NCBI GenBank assembly: GCA_965246715.1
Contig: CBDFFH010000055.1
Span: forward strand, 147,024-211,023
Source: Chamaesiphon sp.
GTDB taxonomy: Bacteria > Cyanobacteriota > Cyanobacteriia > Cyanobacteriales > Chamaesiphonaceae
Length of the DNA: 64,000 nucleotides
Direction: 5' to 3'
Made by a program: the position numbers and the translations under genes. The notes below the pieces were generated by a model. That model was not told where the DNA came from. It worked only from the letters and a program-made list of their open reading frames with translations, and did not search any database. Positions 1-10,716 of this stretch are shown in pieces; the stretch's first letter is position 1, and every line of letters begins with the position of its first letter.

Positions 1-1275
1 GCACAAGAAAAGTACTATCGCCAACTCGGAATGAGGGATAGAATACTGAATCTGCCGCTGATGGTAGCAGCAGTGCTGACACTAATTTGGCGAGACGTAG
101 CTGGAGTCAGAGAACTCAGCAGAATACTCGCCAGAGAAGGATTTCTCTGGTGCGAACCAACACAAGTCAGCCAACAAGCATTATCACAGAGATTTTTGAC
201 ATTTCCCGCTGAAATATTTGAGCGAATATTTAGAGAATTACTGCCAGAATTCGAGCGAAAATGGCACAGTCGCAACAAAAGACAACTACCCTCCAGTATT
301 CAATTTGCCCGAACTAAATTTGCTAGAGTTTGGGCTAGTGACGGTTCAACATTAGAAGCAATCTTCAAGAAATTAGAAAGTCTGACAGATGTGCCAAAAA
401 ATCAATTAGCTGGAAAAATAGGAGTAGTCATCGATCTAGTAACCCGACTACCAGTAGAAATTTGGTTTGAGTCGAATGCCAAAGCTAGTGACATGAAGTT
501 TGAGGCAGATATCCTAAAGCTAGTCAAGCCCCAGACATTAATTTTACTAGATCGAGGATTTTGTCATTATCTGTTTTGGCAACAACTAATCGAAAGGAAT
601 GTTCATGTAATTACCCGCCTAAACAACAAAGCATCATTTACCGTCGAGAGCGCATTCACGAATAGTTACAGCATCCGCGACCGAATAGTAACAATGGGTG
701 CTGGTAATAAAACAACTCCATGTATCACGATGAGATTAGTGGAAATCAAAATGGGTAAAGCTTGGTACTCTTATCTAACTAGCGTGCTTGACCCATTAAT
801 TTTACCACCCTACGTAGTTGCCGATTTGTATGGTAGAAGATGGCGAATAGAAGAGGCATTTAATATTGTCAAACGATTGTTAGGATTGAGTTATATCTGG
901 ACAGGCTCACTTAATGGTATTAAGTTGCAACTCTGGGGGACTTGGCTATTTTATATTGTATTAGTCGATCTTGGCGATGCGATTGCTGATGAGCTATCTC
1001 TTCCTTTTGACCGCATTTCTTTAGAGATGATTTATCGTGGTCTTTACCATTTTTATGTTGCCCATCACAAAGGTTTAGCTACCGACCCCATTAAATATTT
1101 TGCAGCTCCTGAAAATAGAGATTTAGGTATTATTAAATCTATCCGAAAGCCATTCAAGAAATTAATGATTGACCCCTTTCCCGACCAAGCGAGCAGGGAA
1201 GGCTCATTCTTTTTTGAGCCTTCCGCTCAACCCGGCTTGACAACTGCGCTCGCTCCTTAACTTGTCACGAATCTG
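1..1275 (+). mobile_element. IS4-family element (5' end outside window); transposase ORF 31..1260
   Basis: DDE motifs DGSTL, LLDRGF and YGRRWRIEEAFNIVKR (YREK signature); frame open from base 1; probable right end just after the stop. Confidence 0.85.
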
Positions 1276-1325
1276 CCCACCCGACTAGCTACAATAGTTA
1301 AATTATTAGCGATCTTTGTTATCTT

Positions 1326-2300
1326 ATGCCGCCAACAGTCAGCCTCATTCGTGCCACGTCCTATGAAGCAGATCGACTCCGCGAGTCCGTAGAAGCAGTA
1401 TTAGCCCCATTGGGTGGGATGAGTGCTTTTGTCAAACCAGGCGATCGAGTTTTGCTCAAGCCGAACCTATTAACTGGAGCGCGTCCGACCAAAGAATGCG
1501 TTACGCGTCCGGAGCTAGTCAGATGCGTTGCCGAACTGGTAATTGCAGCGGGTGGGAAACCATTTTTTGGCGATAGTCCGGCATTTGGGAGTGCCTTGGG
1601 TGTGGCTAAATCTAATGGTTATTTGCCAATGATGGCCGAATTGGATTTACCAGTAGTTGAATTTCATGGCAAACGCTACGAGACAGCGAGTACCGAGTTT
1701 AATCATTTGCTGCTGAGTAAAGAAGCGATCGAAGCCGATGTTATTATCAACTTGCCCAAAGTCAAATCTCACATGCAATTGACGATGACATTGGGCGTGA
1801 AAAATCTGTTTGGCTGCGTTCCTGGCAAAATGAAAGCTTGGTGGCACATGGAAGCAGGTAAAAGTGCCGAGCGATTTGGCGAAATGTTGGTGGAGACCGC
1901 CCGCGCGATCGACCCAACTTTGACCATTATCGATGGTATTATCGGACATGAAGGAAATGGCCCCAGCGGTGGCGAACCTCGGGAATTGGGCGTTTTAGGT
2001 GCCGCTGCGAATGTATTTGCGCTCGATGTCGCCATGCTCGAACTGTTGAATATCGAGGCACATTTAGTCCCGACGGCGGCAGCGGCACAGCGATTGGGAT
2101 TGGCTCCAGCATTAAGTGAGATCGAGTTTCCCCTGTTGCGTCCGGTAGACTTAAGCTGCAGCGATTGGCAGCTTCCCGCCGCCCTGATGCCGATCGATTT
2201 TGCCCTCCCCCGCGTCATCAAATCTACATTCCGTCACCTCTACATCCGCTTCATCAAAGAACCGATGGTTGCCTATCAAGGCTCTGGCACAGATAAATAA
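1326..2300 (+). CDS. DUF362 domain protein
   Basis: VKPGDRVLLKPNL, INLPKVKSH, GVKNLFG, DGIIGHEGNGP motifs. Confidence 0.85.
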   Translation: MPPTVSLIRATSYEADRLRESVEAVLAPLGGMSAFVKPGDRVLLKPNLLTGARPTKECVTRPELVRCVAELVIAAGGKPFFGDSPAFGSALGVAKSNGYLPMMAELDLPVVEFHGKRYETASTEFNHLLLSKEAIEADVIINLPKVKSHMQLTMTLGVKNLFGCVPGKMKAWWHMEAGKSAERFGEMLVETARAIDPTLTIIDGIIGHEGNGPSGGEPRELGVLGAAANVFALDVAMLELLNIEAHLVPTAAAAQRLGLAPALSEIEFPLLRPVDLSCSDWQLPAALMPIDFALPRVIKSTFRHLYIRFIKEPMVAYQGSGTDK

Positions 2301-2406
2301 GCTATTAGAATGACCCACCCCGCCCTACGGGCACCCCTCCGAGGAGGGGAATTGTATTAATTTACCAGCCACTAGCCACTAGCCACTAAACCCTATCCTC
2401 TAAATC

Positions 2407-3588
2407 ATGCAATACCGCCGCTTCGGACGTACCAATCTCCAGATGCCAGTTTTTTCTTGTGGAGGAATGCGCTATCAACATAAATGGCAAGATGTGCCGC
2501 TAGCGGAGATTCCCGCTGACAATCAACAAAATTTAGCAGCGACGATCCATCGATCGCTAGAATTGGGATTGAATCATATCGAAACCGCCCGGTTTTATGG
2601 TTCGTCGGAAGTACAATTGGGGCAAGTATTACCCCAATTAAATCGTCAAGATTTTATCTTTCAAACTAAGGTTGCGCCTACTGCCGATCCGCAGGAATTT
2701 AGGAAAATGTTTGAGTTATGTCTGACGCGACTCAATCTAGATTATGTTGATTTGCTAGGCATTCATGGGATAAACGATCGAGAAATGTCGGATTTTGCCC
2801 TGCGCGATGGGGGCTGTTGGGAAGTTGCCAAGCAATTGCAAGCTGAGGGCAAAGTTAGATTTATCGGGTTTTCTACCCATGCACCAACCGATCTAATTAT
2901 TAATGCGATCGAGAGTGACAAATTCGATTATGTCAATCTCCATTGGTACTATATCAATCAAACCAATTGGAGTGCGATCGAGGCAGCCACACGGCACGAC
3001 ATGGGTGTATTTATCATCAGTCCCACCAACAAAGGCGGACTGTTAAATAAACCATCGGCGAAACTAGTCGAGCTGTGCCAGCCGTTAAGTCCGATCGTGT
3101 TTAATAATCTTTTCTGTCTGAGTCATCCGCAGGTGCATACTCTCAGCATCGGTGCGGCTACCGCTAGCGATTTTGATGAGCACATGCAGACATTACCATT
3201 ACTCGATCGCGCCAGCGAGATTTTACCACCAATTATCGATCGACTCGAACGCGAAGCAGCAGCTAAACTGGGGACAGAATGGATGCAGACGTGGCGGGAA
3301 GGCTTACCTGCACTGGCGGATACTCCAGGTAATATTAATATCGCTACCATCCTCTGGCTGCGAAATCTGGCGATCGCGTATGACATGGTAGAGTATGGGC
3401 AAATGCGCTACAATCTTCTCGAAAATGGCGGTCATTGGTTCCCTGGTGCAAAAGCAACTAATATCGCCGAACTTGATTTCTCTACCTGTCTGGCAAATAG
3501 TCCTCACGCTGCCAAAATTCCGGCTTTGTTGGTGGAAACCGATCGACTGCTCGGTGGGATGGAAATCAAACGATTATCCCAGAGTTAA
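2407..3588 (+). CDS. aldo/keto reductase
   Basis: MQYRRFGRT start, IETARFYG, GKVRFIGFSTH. Confidence 0.9.
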   Translation: MQYRRFGRTNLQMPVFSCGGMRYQHKWQDVPLAEIPADNQQNLAATIHRSLELGLNHIETARFYGSSEVQLGQVLPQLNRQDFIFQTKVAPTADPQEFRKMFELCLTRLNLDYVDLLGIHGINDREMSDFALRDGGCWEVAKQLQAEGKVRFIGFSTHAPTDLIINAIESDKFDYVNLHWYYINQTNWSAIEAATRHDMGVFIISPTNKGGLLNKPSAKLVELCQPLSPIVFNNLFCLSHPQVHTLSIGAATASDFDEHMQTLPLLDRASEILPPIIDRLEREAAAKLGTEWMQTWREGLPALADTPGNINIATILWLRNLAIAYDMVEYGQMRYNLLENGGHWFPGAKATNIAELDFSTCLANSPHAAKIPALLVETDRLLGGMEIKRLSQS

Positions 3589-3691
3589 TCGCACTAAATA
3601 AACCGATCGATCTTTATCTATTGACTGTTCTCTATAATCGTGGTATCTTAGCAAAGGACGTAAAATGCACCTCAACAACAAAGATAAACGA

Positions 3692-3775
3692 GCGGATGTG
3701 GCGGAATTGGTATACGCGCACGCTTGAGGTGCGTGTGGCATTGTGTCCTTGGGAGTTCGAGTCTCCCCATCCGCA
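3692..3775 (+). tRNA. tRNA-Leu (anticodon GAG)
   Basis: Acceptor GCGGATG/CATCCGC; D-loop GGAATTGGTA; anticodon arm CACGC-TTGAGGT-GCGTG; long variable arm; T-loop GTTCGAG; CCA not encoded. Confidence 0.97.
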
Positions 3776-3782
3776 TATATCT

Positions 3783-3819
3783 AAAAAAAAGGATAAGCTT
3801 AGCGCTTATTCTTTTTTTT
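3783..3819. terminator. bidirectional intrinsic terminator
   Basis: A8-GGATAAGC-loop-GCTTATTC-T8 directly after the tRNA. Confidence 0.8.
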
Positions 3820-4037
3820 GGGGCGTAATTTTTAAGTAGAGATCGATCGGCGCATTCGATCGGCATATTTCCAGGCCGAGCTGTAGTCAGTTCTGAGTAA
3901 CTCCCAAAAATAGTCATCATCGAACGGCGTATAAGTAGGCGGTTTATTGATCTTCCGACGAGTTTTTTTGAATTGACTGAGGATGGCAAATTGAGTCATG
4001 GAGAGGTAGATCCCGATCTGGTGCAGGCGGAGGATAA

Positions 4038-5966
4038 CTAGATGAAAATTTCGATCGGTTCGATTGATTCGGCTGGTTGGAAGCCAAATAGTTGAGAGTA
4101 AAAATAGAATTCGCCCGTCAGTGAGCGTTTGATGTTATCAGCTTGGCGGAAACCATGTTGCTCGTCGGGGAAGGTAACATAGGCAACAGGGACATGTTTT
4201 ACTTTGAGCGCATCGACCATCATTTCGGCTTGATTGGGGAGGACGACTTTATCCTCTAGGCCTTGGAAGAAGATAATCGGACAGGACAATCGCTCGGTAA
4301 AATATAATGGCGATCTGGCACGATAGCTATCGGCACCAGCTGGATAAGGCGCAACTAAGCGATCGAGATAACGGGATTCAAACTTGTGAGTATCTGTGGC
4401 CAAAGCCGCTAAATCGCTGACCCCATAATAGCTAGCGCCAGCCTTGAACACATCGCGGAATGTCAGCGCACATAGGGTTGTATAACCCCCAGCACTACCA
4501 CCAGAGATAGCCATCCGATTGGCATCGGCCAATCCTTGCTGGGCTAAATATAGCGCAGCATTGGTACAATCATCGACATCGACAATCCCCCATTTACCAT
4601 CAAGGCGATGCTGATAAGCTTTGCCGTAACCAGTACTGCCCCCATAATTTACGTCTACGACAGCAAAGCCGCGACTCGTCCAGTATTGGGTTTTGAGGTT
4701 GAGTTGGCTAGATGTCGCAGCGGTAGGGCCGCCGTGACTTTTGACTAATAGGGGCGGTTTCTCGCCTAAGAACGGTTGGTAGTCTTTGTTGGTGGGTGGA
4801 TAATAAAAGGCATAGGCAGTCGCGCCATCGGTAGTGGGAAACTCGATCGATTCGGGGATGGAAAGGTAGCCAGGATCGATCTGGAGTTGGTTGGCACGTT
4901 TGAGCGGTTGTCGGATCTCGGTTTGAAGATCGATCGATATGACTTGATTGGGTTCGGTCGCTGAAGCCGCACAGCAGACGACTAAATTACCCTGAGCGCG
5001 AATGCTCGAGATATCAGTGTAGGGTACATTTAGTGGGGTCAGATGCTTACTGAGAGTATTAACTAAAGCCAGATGCCAGATACCAGCTTGAGTATAGGCA
5101 CAGACGATCCGATGTTTGCCAACCAGCGCGTATGTAGACATCCCAAACACCCATTGCGGGAGGCTAAACTCGGCCGCGAAGGGACAAACGGCTTCAACAG
5201 GGCCGCTACTCCAGCGATAGAGATTGCCCCACCCAGTGCGATCGCTGACAAAATATAATGTATCGTCAGATGACCACTGTGGCTGAAAGATCGCTTCATG
5301 TGCGCCGCCAGCAATTAATGTCGGTGCCGACAAATAGCCATTATTAACGGTAGCAATTTGCAAATTGGTACCATCCCAAGGTAAATTTGGATGATTCCAA
5401 CTCAACCAGGCTAATTTAGTGCCGCTGGGATTCAATCGTGGTGCGGCATAAAAATCACAACCGCCAACTAAAACATAGCTATCTTTGCCATCCTTGATGT
5501 TGATACTGACGATCGTATTGAGCGGTTCAAAGTCTACCGAGTCATGTTCTTCCTGAACGCAAATCAACCGTTGACGAGTAGTATCGATCGTCAGATCGGC
5601 ATAGCGTTTCTTGGGGTCGCTCGTGATTTGACGAACTCGATCTGGCTGCTCGCTAGCTAAATCTTGGGCGTACAGACAACCATCGCTATTGTTACTAAAA
5701 TAAACTTGTCGATCGACCACTGTATAAGCCGCACCACCATACTCGTGAACGCGATTGCGAACATTGTATTCTGGTGGCGTAATATCGGTAATGCGACCGT
5801 CGAGCGTCCGCCTAACTACCACATTGCGTCCGGCTTCTTGAGGACGAGACTCCAGCCAATAAATATCGGTGCCATCTAAGACGATCGAACTCAGTCCGAT
5901 ACTATCGGCAACAATCGCATCAGCAGTAATCGGAGATTGCCAGGAACCAAATGCAGCAAGTTTCAT
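4038..5966 (-). CDS. S9 family (acylaminoacyl/dipeptidyl) peptidase
   Basis: HGGPT, GGSAGG nucleophile, QGLEDKVV, EQHGF. Confidence 0.92.
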   Translation of the reverse strand: MKLAAFGSWQSPITADAIVADSIGLSSIVLDGTDIYWLESRPQEAGRNVVVRRTLDGRITDITPPEYNVRNRVHEYGGAAYTVVDRQVYFSNNSDGCLYAQDLASEQPDRVRQITSDPKKRYADLTIDTTRQRLICVQEEHDSVDFEPLNTIVSINIKDGKDSYVLVGGCDFYAAPRLNPSGTKLAWLSWNHPNLPWDGTNLQIATVNNGYLSAPTLIAGGAHEAIFQPQWSSDDTLYFVSDRTGWGNLYRWSSGPVEAVCPFAAEFSLPQWVFGMSTYALVGKHRIVCAYTQAGIWHLALVNTLSKHLTPLNVPYTDISSIRAQGNLVVCCAASATEPNQVISIDLQTEIRQPLKRANQLQIDPGYLSIPESIEFPTTDGATAYAFYYPPTNKDYQPFLGEKPPLLVKSHGGPTAATSSQLNLKTQYWTSRGFAVVDVNYGGSTGYGKAYQHRLDGKWGIVDVDDCTNAALYLAQQGLADANRMAISGGSAGGYTTLCALTFRDVFKAGASYYGVSDLAALATDTHKFESRYLDRLVAPYPAGADSYRARSPLYFTERLSCPIIFFQGLEDKVVLPNQAEMMVDALKVKHVPVAYVTFPDEQHGFRQADNIKRSLTGEFYFYSQLFGFQPAESIEPIEIFI

Positions 5967-6192
5967 AGTGGCGATCGAGATAATGTGTAGTGGCGATCGT
6001 CAGTATAATCGATCTCAACATTATACGAAAATAACACCGACACAAATCTTGCTTATCAAAAGTTCGCGTTGCTGGATCGGCGCTCCCGACATGATGGTGA
6101 TAATTTGAAATTATCCTTGGCGAAACCCTTTTCTAGCCAAGGTACTAGATTGATGCTAACAACAAACCGCTCGGCTTAGCCCCATCTAATAG

Positions 6193-7800
6193 TTATACTA
6201 ACATTTCAAGCTGGTTCAAACTACAAGTCTGCGGCGATCGAACCAACAATCCATATTCAATCCCTTGCGCCACAGCTTGATAAGATGCTTCTAAAATATT
6301 GTCAGATACACCGATCGTTGTCCAGCGATGTTCGCCATTACTCGACTCGACTAAGACGCGGGTAATTGCCGATGTTCCTTCAGTACCATCGATAATTCGG
6401 ACCTTATAATCAGTCAGATGGCATTTATTTAATTCTGGATAAAACTGGCTCAATGCCTTTCTTAAAGCTGCATCGAGTGCCGAGACTGGGCCATTTCCTT
6501 CAGCAGCTTCGAGAATATCTTGACCGTCTACGGTAATTTTAATCGTCGCTAAAGAGTGCTGCTGAGTCGCGATCGAGCAATGCACCTGAAAACCTTGAAT
6601 CTGGAAGATTTCCGATCGTTGTCCCAAAATTTCGCGCATCAATAATTCAAAACTGGCTTCTGCCGCTTCAAATTGATAACCTTGATGTTCTAATTCTTTG
6701 AGTTTGGCTAAAATTTGTCGCGTGCGCGGATCTTCTTTAGTGAGCGCAATATTCATTTCTGTCGCTTTAATCAGCACGTTGCTCAACCCCGATTGTTCGG
6801 AAATCGAAATCCGCCGCGCGTTGCCTACTTGCATCGGCTCGATATGTTCGTAAGTGCGGGGATTGCGTTCGACAGCGGAAACATGAATTCCCCCTTTATG
6901 GCTGAACGCGCATCTACCCACAAAAGCGGCATAATCGTTGGGCGCAACGTTGACAACTTCGCTGACATATCTACTCACTTGTGTCAATCGCGTTAAATCT
7001 GCTGCTGCCAGACAGGAATAGCCCAACTTGAGTTGCAGATTGGGAATTACCGAGCAGAGGTTGGCATTGCCACAGCGTTCGCCATAACCATTAATCGTGC
7101 CCTGTACCATCGTCGCGCCAGCCGTCACGGCCGCGATCGCATTAGCAACCGCCAGTTCGCTATCATTGTGACTGTGAATGCCAAATTGTAACTGACGCTC
7201 GGGATCGACGGTACTAATTACCGCACTCACGATCGCATTAATATCTTGAGGCAAAGTGCCCCCATTCGTATCGCAAAACACCAACCATTCAGCCCCAGCC
7301 GCGATCGCCGTTTTCAGCGTTTGCAGGGCGTATTCCGGATTTTCCCGATACCCATCGAACCAGTGCTCGGCATCATAAATTACCCGCCTGCCCTGAGAAA
7401 TTAGATACTCGATCGAATCCCTAATCATCTCTAGATTCTCGCCTAAATTCGTCTTTAAGCCCTCGGTAACGTGCAGATCCCAAGATTTACCAAAAATTGT
7501 CACCCAATTGGTTCCGGCGGCAATAATCGTCGCTAACATCCGATCTTCTGCGGCTAGTCCACCAGGGCGACGGGTCGAACAAAACGCCACTACTTCAGCC
7601 TGTTGCAACGGTTCTGCCTGCAATCGTTGAAAAAATTCCCCATCCTTGGGATTCGCCCCTGGCCAACCACCTTCAATCCACGGTACCCCCAATCGATCGA
7701 GCTGCACGGCAATTTTCAGCTTATCTTCGACAGATAGCGTCAAGCCTTCCCGTTGCGAACCATCGCGGAGCGTCGTATCGTAAATTTGGATCTGGGGCAT
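6193..7800 (-). CDS. cimA: citramalate synthase
   Basis: YDTTLRDGSQREG, EGGWPGANPKD, HSHND, GERCGNA, LeuA-type regulatory C-terminus. Confidence 0.9.
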   Translation of the reverse strand: MPQIQIYDTTLRDGSQREGLTLSVEDKLKIAVQLDRLGVPWIEGGWPGANPKDGEFFQRLQAEPLQQAEVVAFCSTRRPGGLAAEDRMLATIIAAGTNWVTIFGKSWDLHVTEGLKTNLGENLEMIRDSIEYLISQGRRVIYDAEHWFDGYRENPEYALQTLKTAIAAGAEWLVFCDTNGGTLPQDINAIVSAVISTVDPERQLQFGIHSHNDSELAVANAIAAVTAGATMVQGTINGYGERCGNANLCSVIPNLQLKLGYSCLAAADLTRLTQVSRYVSEVVNVAPNDYAAFVGRCAFSHKGGIHVSAVERNPRTYEHIEPMQVGNARRISISEQSGLSNVLIKATEMNIALTKEDPRTRQILAKLKELEHQGYQFEAAEASFELLMREILGQRSEIFQIQGFQVHCSIATQQHSLATIKITVDGQDILEAAEGNGPVSALDAALRKALSQFYPELNKCHLTDYKVRIIDGTEGTSAITRVLVESSNGEHRWTTIGVSDNILEASYQAVAQGIEYGLLVRSPQTCSLNQLEMLV

Positions 7801-7843
7801 AAATTGCGAGAAAATAGAAGTAGTTTAACTGTAGGTATCGATC

Positions 7844-8170
7844 GTGCCCCAAGTCACCGCCCAAGGAAAAATCTTTACCTGCGAACCGGAAGCCAATCTC
7901 CGTCAGGTCTTATTAGCTCATGAGGTAGATCTCTATAATGGTAATGCGAAAATCATCAATTGCATGGGAATCGGCACCTGCGGCACCTGTGCGGTGCAAA
8001 TTCAGGGTGAAGTATCGCTGACTAATTGGAAAGATATTACCCGAAGATCGCTACCACCCCATTCACTTACCAAAAATCTGCGGCTTGCCTGTCAGACACA
8101 AGTTTTGGGCGATATCACTGTGACTAAATTTAACGCTTTTTGGGGACAAGGAAACAATCTTGTGTGGTAG
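7844..8170 (+). CDS. 2Fe-2S ferredoxin
   Basis: CMGIGTCGTC ... RLACQ. Confidence 0.9.
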   Translation: MPQVTAQGKIFTCEPEANLRQVLLAHEVDLYNGNAKIINCMGIGTCGTCAVQIQGEVSLTNWKDITRRSLPPHSLTKNLRLACQTQVLGDITVTKFNAFWGQGNNLVW

Positions 8171-8408
8171 GCATACTCTGAAAATTTCTCTCCGTTCGCG
8201 TTGGCAGAGCGTTTGCCTTAGTAAAAGCGTCTAACTCAGCAGCGGATGGTTGTGTTGGTGGGTATAGATTTCAGTAACTAATCGATCTCGCCAGTAATTA
8301 ACGTGGGTCTCCAAGGGGTAGGACAAGTTTTGTTCGATCGCCAATATGGCGTAAACCTGCCCCTCTGATTCCGAAATATCGATCCACTCAGTAATCATAA
8401 TCTTCTCA

Positions 8409-8942
8409 ATGACAAGTCAAATTTTTCACATTTCGCCGCTGATTCGGATTACCCTGAGTTTTTTGTATCTCTCACTCACGATCCCCCTGCCATTTTTAGC
8501 TGCATTTACTCATGCAGAAGTATCCCCAAATCTAATTTGGGTGGGAATTGGCGTGGGATTTATGGCATTACAGGGCGCATTGAGTCAGCGAGTAGTCGTG
8601 GACGATCGATCGATCCAGGTTAATTATCCCGCCTGGGTGCCAAACTTTTTTACGAAGAGTTGGATGCTGGCTTGGAGTGATGTCAAAGAACTAAAAATGC
8701 GGACGACCGGACAAGGTGGATTGGTTTATTACTTTACAAACCAGACTGGACAAGGATTTTTACTACCGATGCGCGTCGCAGGCTTTAATAAATTGGTACA
8801 ATTAGTCCAACAATATACCAAGATCGATACAACAGACATTCGCCCACTCGCTCAACCGTGGATGTATTTTGCATTATTGGCACTGACTGGATTTTTATTA
8901 CTAGTCGATACCTGGACGATTTGGACGGCGATGGCAAATTAA
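8409..8942 (+). CDS. membrane protein of unknown function
   Basis: 177-aa ORF with about three hydrophobic segments. Confidence 0.75.
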   Translation: MTSQIFHISPLIRITLSFLYLSLTIPLPFLAAFTHAEVSPNLIWVGIGVGFMALQGALSQRVVVDDRSIQVNYPAWVPNFFTKSWMLAWSDVKELKMRTTGQGGLVYYFTNQTGQGFLLPMRVAGFNKLVQLVQQYTKIDTTDIRPLAQPWMYFALLALTGFLLLVDTWTIWTAMAN

Positions 8943-9025
8943 TGGGTAATTTCTACGATCCTTTGATAATTCAGATAACAATGACAGGTTAATTGGTAAT
9001 TTACAACTCGTAATTCATAATTTTT

Positions 9026-10543
9026 ATGGTTGACTCATTTGCCCAACATTATCACCAACGAACGAAATACGATCCAGATACGATCGCATCAAAAAGTCAG
9101 GGGTTAGATTGGAGTAAGCAACCATCATCATCTAAAGAATATAAGATCGGCACGATTTACGATCTCAAGCCATATTTACAATCGACTAAACAAGATCCCG
9201 ATAGTCAGTGGTGGCAAAGATTATCGCTGTTTTTATTGTGCAGTTATGGCTTGACCGCACGCATCCAAACGATGGGCGAACCCATGTTTTTGCGAGCGGC
9301 TCCATCGGCGGGTGGATTGTATCCAGCCGAGATTTATTTGGTATCGCGGGGTAATAACTTATTACCCCCAGGATTGTACAATTACCAGGTTAAAGAGCAT
9401 ACCCTCATTCACTTTTGGTCGAACGATGTCTGGCAAAACCTTCAAGTTGCTTGCTTTATGCATCCAGCTCTAAAAATTGCCAACTTGACGATGATTACCA
9501 CAGCGGTATTTTTTCGATCGGCATGGCGCTATCAAGATCGAGCTTATCGGCGCATTTTTCTCGATACCGGGCACTTATTGGGAAATATCGGATTAGCTGG
9601 TTCGATGAATGGTTTCCGGCCTTATTTTATCGGTAGCTTTGTCGATCGATCGATTAACGAATTGCTCTATCTCAATAGTGAAGAAGAGGGTGCTGTTACA
9701 GTTATTCCGTGTATCGATCTCGAAGTTCATCCCGATCCAAACATTCCCTATTTTCCCACGGCATTGCCATCGCGAATCAATTCAGAGTATCCAGATCTAC
9801 CTGATGGTCAGTTATTAAATTACTGCCATCAAATGACTGAAATTACGGAGATGAGACAGCTTCCCGCCAATCCAGCGGACGTTCATCCCAGCCAATTAGA
9901 TGATAAATATAATTTTCCGTTCTGTCTCAAGATTTCCACAGCAACCGCACCGATCGATTGGCAAGAGAATTTGCCGCTAGGTGGGTTGGAAGATACAATG
10001 CTCAAACGCCGTTCTACTCGTGCTTATTCAGGTGCAGATCTAAGCCTTGAGGAACTTACTGCGGTCTTAGATTTTACCTATCAGCCCCAACATTATCGCG
10101 AACAACATTTAGATCCCGATCCTGATTATTTCGATTTGAGTTTAATTGAAACCTTCGTTGCTGTTTCTGGTGTTAGAGGATTGGATGAGGGCTGTTATTA
10201 TTACGCACCAAAAGCGCAAGAGTTACGCCAAATCCGGTTTAAAAACTTTCGGAACGAACTGCATTATTTGTGCTTGGGACAAGACTTAGGCCGCGATGCT
10301 GGTGCGGTGATTTTTCATACCGCCGATCTGCAAGCGGCAATTCGGAAATATGGCGATCGGGTGTATCGTTATTTACATTTGGATGCCGGACATTTAGGTC
10401 AAAGATTGAATCTAGCTGCCATTCGCTTAGAGCTAGGTGTGAGTGGAATTGCCGGATTTTTTGACGATCGAGTTAATGAAGTTTTGGGTATTCCTGAAAG
10501 TGAAGCGGTATTGTACATCACCACTTTAGGTCGTCCGGCATAG
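9026..10543 (+). CDS. SagB/ThcOx-family nitroreductase-like dehydrogenase (two domains)
   Basis: RAAPSAGGLYPAE, RRSTRAY, YRYLHLDAGHLGQ. Confidence 0.85.
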   Translation: MVDSFAQHYHQRTKYDPDTIASKSQGLDWSKQPSSSKEYKIGTIYDLKPYLQSTKQDPDSQWWQRLSLFLLCSYGLTARIQTMGEPMFLRAAPSAGGLYPAEIYLVSRGNNLLPPGLYNYQVKEHTLIHFWSNDVWQNLQVACFMHPALKIANLTMITTAVFFRSAWRYQDRAYRRIFLDTGHLLGNIGLAGSMNGFRPYFIGSFVDRSINELLYLNSEEEGAVTVIPCIDLEVHPDPNIPYFPTALPSRINSEYPDLPDGQLLNYCHQMTEITEMRQLPANPADVHPSQLDDKYNFPFCLKISTATAPIDWQENLPLGGLEDTMLKRRSTRAYSGADLSLEELTAVLDFTYQPQHYREQHLDPDPDYFDLSLIETFVAVSGVRGLDEGCYYYAPKAQELRQIRFKNFRNELHYLCLGQDLGRDAGAVIFHTADLQAAIRKYGDRVYRYLHLDAGHLGQRLNLAAIRLELGVSGIAGFFDDRVNEVLGIPESEAVLYITTLGRPA

Positions 10544-10716
10544 TCTAGTCGATCGCATCGCCACTGGTAAACTAAAGATCGAATTGCTAACAACTGCATA
10601 TTGTAAATAAATATATACTTTTGTCCCGCGCTCTTGGATAGTCGACCTCAGCAGTTGTATCTATATGAGGCAACCGCGCTAGCAGTTGTCATCGTACTAT
10701 GTTGGAGGCGAGCGGC

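Noticed and set aside
3621..3989. Two ORFs near 3.7 kb; tRNA as an integration site
   Set aside because: The ORFs overlap tRNA-Leu; no integrase or duplicated tRNA 3' end was seen
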